Of a stretch of 11,289 nt of DNA, positions 1 to 6,654 are shown one piece after another. The notes under the pieces are model-generated. The model had not been told where the DNA came from. It was given only the letters and a program-made list of their open reading frames with translations, and searched no databases. How positions within the stretch are numbered: the stretch's first letter is position 1; each line of letters begins with the position of its first letter. This DNA is from Snowella sp. (lineage in GTDB: Bacteria > Cyanobacteriota > Cyanobacteriia > Cyanobacteriales > Microcystaceae), in the NCBI GenBank assembly GCA_035285545.1, contig JAYKGY010000106.1, forward strand, positions 1 through 11,289, read 5' to 3'. The translations under genes were made by a program, and so were the position numbers.

Positions 1-126
1 AGCGAGAACCTATAAAGAGCTAATTGATGGAGTGACATCGGCTATGTTAGAGGTTACTCAACAAGATATTCATAGTTGGTATACTCATTGTTGTTACTGT
101 ACCTCATAGATTAAAGAAACGCTATA
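1..126 (+). mobile_element. Right end of an IS630-family insertion sequence, truncated by the window edge
   Basis: The transposase C-terminus (below) runs straight into TACCTCATAGATTAAAGAAACGCTATA. Its reverse complement TATAGCGTTTC...TGAGGTA resembles cyanobacterial IS630 terminal inverted repeats as I recall them. The element ends in a TA run (123-128), consistent with IS630 TA target duplication. The exact end is uncertain by about 2 nt. Confidence 0.8.
2..109 (+). CDS. IS630-family transposase, C-terminal 35 aa (5' partial; intact or pseudogene status unknown)
   Basis: Manual translation of frame +2 gives ARTYKELIDGVTSAMLEVTQQDIHSWYTHCCYCTS* (TAG at 107-109). The ART...DI..W.THCCY tail is characteristic of cyanobacterial IS630 transposases. 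It is absent from the ORF track because it has no start codon in the window. Confidence 0.85.
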   Translation, partial: ARTYKELIDGVTSAMLEVTQQDIHSWYTHCCYCTS

Positions 127-243
127 TATCTCACGCATTACTTTTAAAACCTTTATTCAGATGGAAGCAATCTTAAACATTTGGCTACAATGATCGCAAT
201 GCGTTTTAATCATTTCAGCGATCGCGGAAAGCGGAGATAAGAC

Positions 244-696
244 ATGAAATCCTTCAAAGCCTTACTCATCAGTGGAATTTTAATCAGCATTGGTTTAGAA
301 ACTCATCCAAGTCATGCCGAAGTTAAAACCACCCAAGTTAACGCCCTCGTGGAAGCCTTACGACAAGCGGCCCCGACTCAACGCGCTAAAGATGGGATGT
401 ATAGCGATTGGCAAGTTTTACCTAAAATTATTCCCGATTGGTCGAAACGGTGTTTAGGAAAAAGTCTCACTCCTGAACAATTTGACAAAGATAAGGCGGC
501 GGCTCGCCAAGTTGTGAGTTGCATCGTCAAACGGGAATTAAACACCCAAACCAAAGCAACCCCGAAAGAAGAACAAGCCGTTCGTCAGGTCGCCTGTTGG
601 TGGATGACAGGGAAGGCGAATGAATGTCAGAGTGGAGCAACGGCAGCTTATGTCAATAAAGTTCTCGACTTCTATCGTCGTCAGTTAGCATCCTAA
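244..696 (+). CDS. Secreted hypothetical protein (150 aa), probable lysozyme-like/lytic-transglycosylase fold with a degenerate catalytic motif
   Basis: GGAG SD at 232-235. Sec-type signal peptide ending S-H-A (aa 23-25). Four Cys (70, 93, 118, 128). Motifs WQVLP, WWMTG and YVNKVL. The stop overlaps the next start (TAATG, 694-698). Confidence 0.8.
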   Translation: MKSFKALLISGILISIGLETHPSHAEVKTTQVNALVEALRQAAPTQRAKDGMYSDWQVLPKIIPDWSKRCLGKSLTPEQFDKDKAAARQVVSCIVKRELNTQTKATPKEEQAVRQVACWWMTGKANECQSGATAAYVNKVLDFYRRQLAS

Positions 697-2051
697 TGAA
701 TAAATTAAGAAAGATGCGAATTTTTTTAACCCTCACTTTACTGTTAGTCGCGGCTTGTCAAGTGAATCAGAAAACCGTTAATTCGACAACGGAAACGATC
801 ACTCAAACCCCTGCTCCGACTCAACCGCGATCGCCCCAACCGCCGACTCAAGTTGCTTCCCTCATTCCCACTCAACCCCTAACGCCCCAACCGATTCGCA
901 TTCTCCTAGAGAACCTACCCAAACCCTTTGCCTCCGAAAGTGCTTCTAAATCCCCCCAAATTCTTGCTATTCCCGAAAATCCAACCTTAAAAGTTCCAGC
1001 AGGGTTTCAGGTTAACATTTTTGCCGAAGGATTAAATCGTCCTCGGTGGTTAGCCCTCACGCCGACGGGGGAAGTTTTAGTAACGGAAACGCCTGAAAAT
1101 CGGATTACCTTACTGAAGGATACCAATGGGGATGGGGTGGCTGAGAGTCGAAGCACCTTTGCCGATGAGAAAAATGGATTAGATTTACCCTTTGGCATGG
1201 CCTTTACCGAAAATAGCTTTTTCTTGGGGAATCAAAGTGCTGTTCGTCGTTATGGTTATACGTCAGGGCAGCAACAGTTAACGGGCCAAGGAACCGCGAT
1301 CGCGTCCTTACCTGGAGGCGGCTATCGACAACATTGGACAAGAAATGTCATTGTATCGCCCGATCAACAGAAATTATATGTCTCAATTGGGTCACGCTCC
1401 AATGTGGATGAAGAACCCCTACCCCGTGCTTCAGTACAAGTCATGAACCTAGACGGAACCGGACAACAAACCTTTGCCTCTGGCCTGCGGAATCCTGTCG
1501 GTCTGGATTTTCACCCCCAAACTAAGGAACTCTATACTACCGTTAATGAACGGGATGGCATTGGTGACGATTTGGTGCCCGATTATCTTACCCGTCTGCG
1601 TTTAGGGGAATTTTATGGCTGGCCCTATGCCTATTTCACCCCTGATCGGCTTGATCCACGTCAGGTTACAAATGGCCAGAGTAATAATCCTGCCCTAGCC
1701 GCCCGCACAAAAATGCCGGATGTTTTGTTTCAAGCCCATTCTGCCCCCTTGGGATTAACGTTTTATACGGGTAAGCGTTTTCCTGAAAGATACCATAATG
1801 GGGCGTTTGTGGCTTTTCGTGGCTCATGGAACCGCAATGAGGGAACGGGCTATAAAATTGTTTTTGTTCCCTTTAACGCTCAAGGACGACCGGTTGGGCA
1901 TTACGAAGACTTTTTAACAGGTTTTCTCGTTAATCCCAGCATTCCGAGTACCTGGGGGCGACCAGTGGGGTTATTGGTTCTACCGGATGGCAGTTTATTG
2001 ATGACAGAAGAAGCGAATGGAAGAATTTATCGGATTCAATACCAACCTTAA
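696..2051 (+). CDS. Glucose/sorbosone dehydrogenase family (PQQ-dependent, beta-propeller) lipoprotein
   Basis: Lipobox LVAAC (Cys21) and a Pro/Thr/Gln-rich linker. Family motifs LKVPAGFQV, HWTRN, LYVSIGSRSN, FASGLRNPVGL, NERD..GDDLVPDY, FYGWPY, AHSAPLG, GSWNR, GYKIV and GRPVG. Confidence 0.92.
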   Translation: MNKLRKMRIFLTLTLLLVAACQVNQKTVNSTTETITQTPAPTQPRSPQPPTQVASLIPTQPLTPQPIRILLENLPKPFASESASKSPQILAIPENPTLKVPAGFQVNIFAEGLNRPRWLALTPTGEVLVTETPENRITLLKDTNGDGVAESRSTFADEKNGLDLPFGMAFTENSFFLGNQSAVRRYGYTSGQQQLTGQGTAIASLPGGGYRQHWTRNVIVSPDQQKLYVSIGSRSNVDEEPLPRASVQVMNLDGTGQQTFASGLRNPVGLDFHPQTKELYTTVNERDGIGDDLVPDYLTRLRLGEFYGWPYAYFTPDRLDPRQVTNGQSNNPALAARTKMPDVLFQAHSAPLGLTFYTGKRFPERYHNGAFVAFRGSWNRNEGTGYKIVFVPFNAQGRPVGHYEDFLTGFLVNPSIPSTWGRPVGLLVLPDGSLLMTEEANGRIYRIQYQP

Positions 2052-2133
2052 AAGATTTACTACCCCTCTATCCTCCACAGTCATTCGAGCGATGTTCCTC
2101 TCCATCGGTACTGAATCATGGCTCTATTTTCCG

Positions 2134-2189
2134 ATCAAAGGATTTTATTGCTTCTTTAATTTTTAGTTTGATAGAATCCTTCGATTTTT
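2134..2189 (+). terminator. Possible intrinsic terminator after the dehydrogenase operon
   Basis: ATCAAAGGATTTTATT (2134-2149) pairs with GATAGAATCCTTCGAT (2170-2185) over 16 bp with one mismatch and two G-U pairs, followed by TTTT. The AT-rich stem and 20-nt loop make it weak. Confidence 0.4.
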
Positions 2190-2252
2190 CGAGGTGTCCT
2201 AGCGGTTTCGTTTTTAAAATTATTTTTATAACTTTTATATTTGTTTATTATT

Positions 2253-2624
2253 ATGGCGACCTGTCCCTATTGTCATAACCTGATTGACCAAAATGCGTTG
2301 CGCTGTCCCCATTGTCAAAAAACCTTAAAGGCGTTTGGCCATCCTGGGATTCCGTTACATCAAGCAACCGATGATCAGTTTCTCTGCGATCGCTGTACTT
2401 ACCATCACGACGATACTTGCACCTATCCCCAACGTCCCTACGCAAAAACCTGTACCCTGTTCCATGATGATCAAGAGCCTTTAGTTGAGAAAGCCCCTAC
2501 ACCGCGATCGCTGGGAGGAACTCCTGGGCAAGCCTTAAAACGCTGGATACGCCGTCATCAAAGATTATTACTTTTTTTAGGACTCCTCATCATCAGTGGG
2601 ATTTGGGCTTTTATCAGTTGGTAG
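2253..2624 (+). CDS. Zinc-ribbon domain protein with C-terminal membrane anchor (123 aa)
   Basis: CPYC-x10-CPHC ribbon, then a second Cys/His cluster CDRC..HH..C...C. Ends in basic RWIRRHQR followed by a hydrophobic helix LLLFLGLLIISGIWAF. ATG at 2253 is preferred over TTG at 2241. Confidence 0.85.
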   Translation: MATCPYCHNLIDQNALRCPHCQKTLKAFGHPGIPLHQATDDQFLCDRCTYHHDDTCTYPQRPYAKTCTLFHDDQEPLVEKAPTPRSLGGTPGQALKRWIRRHQRLLLFLGLLIISGIWAFISW

Positions 2625-2633
2625 ATCAAATCC

Positions 2634-2864
2634 CTAGATAGCCCAAACCTGTCCTTCATCTTCCAAACTGGCAACCCCTGGAACTTTTTGTAAAGAGGCT
2701 TTCCGAGAGCAAGGAACAGCCCCCGTAATAATTCCAGATATCGCTAGGATATTTTCGACTGACATTCCTTCCTGTTGTAAATGATTAGCCACAGATTGAA
2801 TGTCGGGCAAATGGGTATCATCAACGGTAATGATAATTCGTTCAATTTCCTCTTGATTAGACAT
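2634..2864 (-). CDS. Small (76 aa) stand-alone subtilisin propeptide/I9-inhibitor-like protein
   Basis: ATG at 2864 with a GAGAG SD-like sequence upstream (the track uses TTG 2870). The residue pattern fits a beta-alpha-beta-beta-alpha-beta fold: IIITVD / DIQSVANHLQQEG / SVENIL / IITGAV / SLQKVPGV.SLE.E. The L..VPGV..LE.E motif is typical of I9 propeptides. Lies directly downstream of two S8 proteases. Confidence 0.75.
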   Translation of the reverse strand: MSNQEEIERIIITVDDTHLPDIQSVANHLQQEGMSVENILAISGIITGAVPCSRKASLQKVPGVASLEDEGQVWAI

Positions 2865-2906
2865 TTTCAATCTCTCGGTTGACTAGGGATTTATTTCGAT
2901 TGTAGT

Positions 2907-2945
2907 GCTTTTCCCCACAAGCCGAAGGCAAGAACGAGGAAAAGC
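2907..2945 (-). other. Intergenic stem-loop between protease B and the small gene (possible processing, stability or attenuation element)
   Basis: Minus strand GCTTTTCCTCG...TGGGGAAAAGC forms an 11-bp stem (8 perfect bp plus a G-U extension) enclosing GCC-TTC-GGC. No U-tract follows. Confidence 0.5.
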
Positions 2946-2960
2946 TTCAATGGTTAACAG

Positions 2961-4277
2961 CTAGCGAGGAGACTGAACTAAACCACTACCGACATCAACA
3001 CTGAGTAAGGCAGAAAGGGGCAACGTATTGGAGATCAGTAACCGCCAGAGATCCCAACCCCGCTGACCAGTTGCCTCTGCATAGAGAGCCGCAATTCCCG
3101 CTACGTGGGGAGTCGCCATACTCGTTCCCGTATCATTCCCATTTCGACCATTGAGAAGAGACGAATAAACACTCACGCCTGGCCCGACAATATCCACATT
3201 CCCCCCGCTACCCGTCCCAGAACGGCAAGAACCAGAATACAAATTTAAACGGTTATCGATCGCGCCGACTGCCATAATGGAAGGACTATTCGCAGGTTGG
3301 CCAACCGTTTTGATAGGGGGGGCACCTTCTAAACGATGATTTCCTGCCGCTGCAATCACTAGACAGCCATTATTTAATGCGCGTCTACCGACATCTTCAT
3401 AAGCAGCAGAAGAAGTTGCTACTTTATTACCCAAGGACATGGAGATCACCGCGCATCCTTGCCTGATAGCCCATTCCATACCTGCCATAACGTCGCCATC
3501 ATTGCCACTACGCCGATTATCGAGGACTTTGCCAACATAGATATTGGACTGATAAGCGACCCCGTAACGACGACCATTGCTATCTTGATGCCCACAAGCG
3601 GTTCCAATACAGTGGGTGCCATGACGATCCGTATCTTGAACAGTTCCATCAGAAACAAAAGAGCGAGAAACTACCGAACGCCCTTGAAAATCGGGATGGC
3701 TAAAATCAAAGCCGGTATCCAATACCGCAATGTTAATTCCTCGTCCCGTATAACGCGAACTAATCGCATTGGTTGCCTGTAATCCCCAGGTAGAAACCGT
3801 GTTGTCAGCGAAGGTTGCCGTTACAGAAATAACTTCCTCTAACGAATCACTTGTCTCAGGGCTAACCGTTGAAGTTTTAGCCTGCTGATAAAGATAGCCC
3901 GCCGCATCCCGATATCCCCGAAGATAGTCTGGGGTTAATCCCTCATTGATAGCATAGTGAATCCGTTCAGGTTCAATGGCAAGAATAGGGGAATTGTTTC
4001 CTAGAATAGTCATCATCGCGCTTAAAGCGTCTTCCTCCATTGAGACCACCGCAACGCCCAAGGTTGAGAAGATGGCCCCGCCAGCAGATTCCATCTGGCT
4101 CATATCAAGGGCAGATTCAGCAAAATCATTGGCGCGAGGTAAGGCATTTATCCCCGCCTGATCTTGTAGTAGACGAATCCCTTCTTCAAGAGCATCATCT
4201 TGAAAGGTCACCACGTATCGTCCAGTGGTTTCTGCTGGGTCAGAATTGAAACGAGAAAAATTAGATTGGCTAGACAT
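2961..4277 (-). CDS. S8 family (subtilisin-like) serine peptidase, paralog B, no signal peptide
   Basis: Catalytic triad D187 (VLDTG), H219 (HGTHC) and S386 (GTSMATPH), with oxyanion N313 (AAGN) and SMSLG. N-terminal prodomain from TTGRYVV to IEPERIHYAI. GAGG SD upstream. Confidence 0.95.
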   Translation of the reverse strand: MSSQSNFSRFNSDPAETTGRYVVTFQDDALEEGIRLLQDQAGINALPRANDFAESALDMSQMESAGGAIFSTLGVAVVSMEEDALSAMMTILGNNSPILAIEPERIHYAINEGLTPDYLRGYRDAAGYLYQQAKTSTVSPETSDSLEEVISVTATFADNTVSTWGLQATNAISSRYTGRGINIAVLDTGFDFSHPDFQGRSVVSRSFVSDGTVQDTDRHGTHCIGTACGHQDSNGRRYGVAYQSNIYVGKVLDNRRSGNDGDVMAGMEWAIRQGCAVISMSLGNKVATSSAAYEDVGRRALNNGCLVIAAAGNHRLEGAPPIKTVGQPANSPSIMAVGAIDNRLNLYSGSCRSGTGSGGNVDIVGPGVSVYSSLLNGRNGNDTGTSMATPHVAGIAALYAEATGQRGWDLWRLLISNTLPLSALLSVDVGSGLVQSPR

Positions 4278-4407
4278 CTTGAAGACCTCATCATGATCGA
4301 ATTTTTTAAACTACAAGCACCATTCGTTGATTACTTGCCCAAGGTTGAGCGTTGCTGAATAGGAAAGCTCTGATGTGAAAACAGGTTGCTGAAGACAAAA
4401 AGTTGGG

Positions 4408-4443
4408 AAAAAATAACCGCTAGCCAGTTAGCAATCTAGCGGT
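4408..4443 (-). terminator. Intrinsic terminator downstream of protease A
   Basis: Minus strand ACCGCTAG-12 nt-CTAGCGGT followed by TATTTTTT, 15 nt after the stop codon. Confidence 0.75.
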
Positions 4444-4458
4444 CGTAAGCAAAGTTTA

Positions 4459-5754
4459 TTAAGGGGCTTGAGCCAAACCACTGCCCACATCAATAGCCGG
4501 TAAGGACAGTCGTAAAGCCCGTGCAGTTAATAATTGCCAAAGTCGTGATCCTCGGGCCCCTGTAGATTGGGCATAAAGGGCGGCAATTCCTGCCACATGG
4601 GGAGTCGCCATACTGGTGCCATTGAAGGAGGCATACCGTTTAGGCATGGGAATCGAAGAGTAAATGGATACTCCTGGCCCGACAATATCGACATTAGCCC
4701 CAGCCGTAGTACCAGAACGACAAGAAAATTCAGCCAGTTGTAGATTACTATCGATCGCGCCGACGGACATGATGGAATTACTATTGGCCGGCTGACCGAC
4801 GGTTTTAATAGGAGGAGCACCCCGTAAACGATGATTGCCAGCGGCGGCAATGATTAAACAATTATTGGCTAAAGCCCGCATACCAATAGTTTCATAGGCC
4901 GTTGAAGCGGTGGGAACCATATTGCCGAGCGACATAGAAATGACTGCACACTGATTCGCGATCGCCCATTCCATCCCTGCAAGAATCCAAGCTTGCTGAC
5001 CACTCCCCGAATTACTCAAAACCTTGCCCACATAAATATTAGACTCATAGGCCACCCCATAACGACGACCATTGAGATCCTTAAAGCCACAGGCCGTTCC
5101 AACACAATGGGTACCATGTCCCTGAACATCCTGCACGGCTTCCCCTGGAACAAAGGATTGGGAGTGAATCGATCGACCCCGTAAATCGGGATGCGCCAAA
5201 TCTAGTCCGGTATCTAATACCGCAACATTAATACCACGGCCACTCCATCTCGAAGGAATCGCCTTAGTCGCTTTTAAGCCCCAAGTAGAGACCGTATCAT
5301 CGATAAAAGTCGCCGAAGTAGAGGTTTCTCCTTCACCCTTTTCGACAGAAGGTTGGGCGACATCGTAAAGATGGGCGGCGGCATCTCGATAACCTCGGAG
5401 ATACTCTGAAGTCAATCCTTCGCTAATGGCATAATAAATCCGCTCAGGTTCGATCGCGAGAATGGGAGAATCTTCGCTCATCGTACTCATCAGCCCGGTT
5501 AAAGCCTCATTCTCCATCGTTGCAACCGTAATTCCTAGCGTGGGAAAGGTCGCGCCCCCAGAATCCTCAAGCACAGCAATATCTAGGGCAGAATCCGAAA
5601 AATCCCGTGCATCCGGCAAAGAAGCGATGCCTGTCAAATCCTGTAAAGCATTGACTCCTTCCTGGGTGGCTCCATCTCGATAGGTAATGATATATCGTCC
5701 GGTTGTTTCTTCTTCAGCGGTGCTGGGAATCGAAAAACTGATTTCTTGAGACAT
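4459..5754 (-). CDS. S8 family (subtilisin-like) serine peptidase, paralog A, no signal peptide
   Basis: Catalytic triad D181 (VLDTG), H213 (GHGTHC) and S381 (NGTSMATPH), with oxyanion N307. Prodomain from TTGRYII to IEPERIYYAI. GAGG SD upstream. Collinear with paralog B. Confidence 0.95.
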   Translation of the reverse strand: MSQEISFSIPSTAEEETTGRYIITYRDGATQEGVNALQDLTGIASLPDARDFSDSALDIAVLEDSGGATFPTLGITVATMENEALTGLMSTMSEDSPILAIEPERIYYAISEGLTSEYLRGYRDAAAHLYDVAQPSVEKGEGETSTSATFIDDTVSTWGLKATKAIPSRWSGRGINVAVLDTGLDLAHPDLRGRSIHSQSFVPGEAVQDVQGHGTHCVGTACGFKDLNGRRYGVAYESNIYVGKVLSNSGSGQQAWILAGMEWAIANQCAVISMSLGNMVPTASTAYETIGMRALANNCLIIAAAGNHRLRGAPPIKTVGQPANSNSIMSVGAIDSNLQLAEFSCRSGTTAGANVDIVGPGVSIYSSIPMPKRYASFNGTSMATPHVAGIAALYAQSTGARGSRLWQLLTARALRLSLPAIDVGSGLAQAP

Positions 5755-6032
5755 GATAAAGACCTCTTCAATCTCAATAGAGATAAATTCAATAAAACGT
5801 TAATAATCCCTTACTAACTAAGTTAAACTTTTGTTTTTTCAATTCCTGAAAATTTAAGACTGTTTTAATATCTTCGTTTGAGGATCTGCCTGTATCGTTA
5901 ATTTTTGGGAGAAAAAGATTAAACAAAGTTAAGGTCTGAAGGGAGAGCAACTTGATAATGTTATTCTCATGAAGTTAGGAAAATTAAGAAAACGCTACAA
6001 AATTGATTAACTTTATTCCTGGGTTGACTACT

Positions 6033-6596
6033 ATGATGAACTGCCGAGATAAATTTGCCTATTTAAGCACTGCAATGATTGGAGGAGTATGGCCCTTGGT
6101 AATGTTTCCGCTAGCGGTCCAAGCCCAAAGCAAACTAACGGTTCTTCCCCTGTCTGATGCCAAGACTTCCCCTGTTATTGCCCAAAACGGGATGCCGCCA
6201 GTGCCTAACCTCCCGACTCCACAAGATCGAGTTCCCAATGCCCAGGATGTCTTGAGAAACCAAAATCTAGATGACATCACCAACGATCCGCAACAGTTAA
6301 AAACTTGGTTGTGTCGCAGCGGCAGTCAACAGATTGCGGTTGAAATTAAAGAAATTGCTTTTTGGAATCAGTTAACAGAAGCCAATAAAAATTGGAAGTG
6401 TACCCAAACGATTCCAACCATTCCCGATAAAACACGGAGTTTTTCCTGTGAACCAACGGACACAATGGGATTGATTAGTGTCTATTGGTTAAAGGGAGAT
6501 CAGGGGAAAGAAACGATGAAAGGTTGGATGAACACCTTGGCTAATCAGTACAACATGGTTTGTACTCGGACTCAAACGAATTCTTTTTGGGAGTAA
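6033..6596 (+). CDS. Secreted hypothetical protein with a Pro-rich linker and a 4-Cys C-terminal region
   Basis: Long ORF. ATG at 6033 or 6036 is preferred over TTG at 6003. A hydrophobic segment ending VQA-Q suggests a signal peptide. No family recognised. Confidence 0.75.
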   Translation: MMNCRDKFAYLSTAMIGGVWPLVMFPLAVQAQSKLTVLPLSDAKTSPVIAQNGMPPVPNLPTPQDRVPNAQDVLRNQNLDDITNDPQQLKTWLCRSGSQQIAVEIKEIAFWNQLTEANKNWKCTQTIPTIPDKTRSFSCEPTDTMGLISVYWLKGDQGKETMKGWMNTLANQYNMVCTRTQTNSFWE

Positions 6597-6606
6597 ATTA
6601 TATTAA

Positions 6607-6641
6607 TTAATAGTTAATAGTTGATAGTTGATAGTTAATGA
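6607..6641. repeat. Heptamer tandem repeat (TTRATAG)x4 plus a degenerate fifth unit, STRR-like
   Basis: ttaatag ttaatag ttgatag ttgatag ttaatga, intergenic. 7-bp short tandem repeats are common in cyanobacteria. Confidence 0.85.
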
Positions 6642-6654
6642 TTTTTAGGTAAAT

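Noticed and set aside
1007..2445. Antisense ORFs 1007-1198 and 2251-2445
   Set aside because: They lie opposite well-supported genes and have no recognisable motifs.
2634..2864. 'Ketohydroxyglutarate aldolase' label that I recall on similar small proteins
   Set aside because: 76 aa is far too short for a TIM-barrel aldolase, so it is probably a propagated misannotation.
2512..4957. 2.4-kb stretch without a perfect HIP1 site as evidence of horizontal transfer
   Set aside because: At about one site per kb such a gap is unremarkable. Protease A has a perfect site and both paralogs have near-matches.
3446..5683. Short ORFs overlapping the protease genes (3446-3658, 3459-3782, 3976-4161, 4040-4249, 4527-4850, 4993-5184, 5462-5683)
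   Set aside because: They are antisense or alternate-frame shadows of strong CDSs. Their pairwise resemblance (for example 3976 vs 5462) simply reflects the protease duplication.
2961..5754. Proteases as cyanobactin PatA/PatG or as the IetS partner of an AAA-ATPase toxin-antitoxin system
   Set aside because: There is no C-terminal PatA/G DUF, precursor peptide, heterocyclase or ATPase gene in the window, and the proteins end right after the catalytic domain.
5983..5997. ATTAAGAAAACGCTA resembling the IS630 end (ATTAAAGAAACGCTA)
   Set aside because: The match is short and AT-rich, lacks the inner TACCTCA part and has no partner repeat, so it is probably chance.
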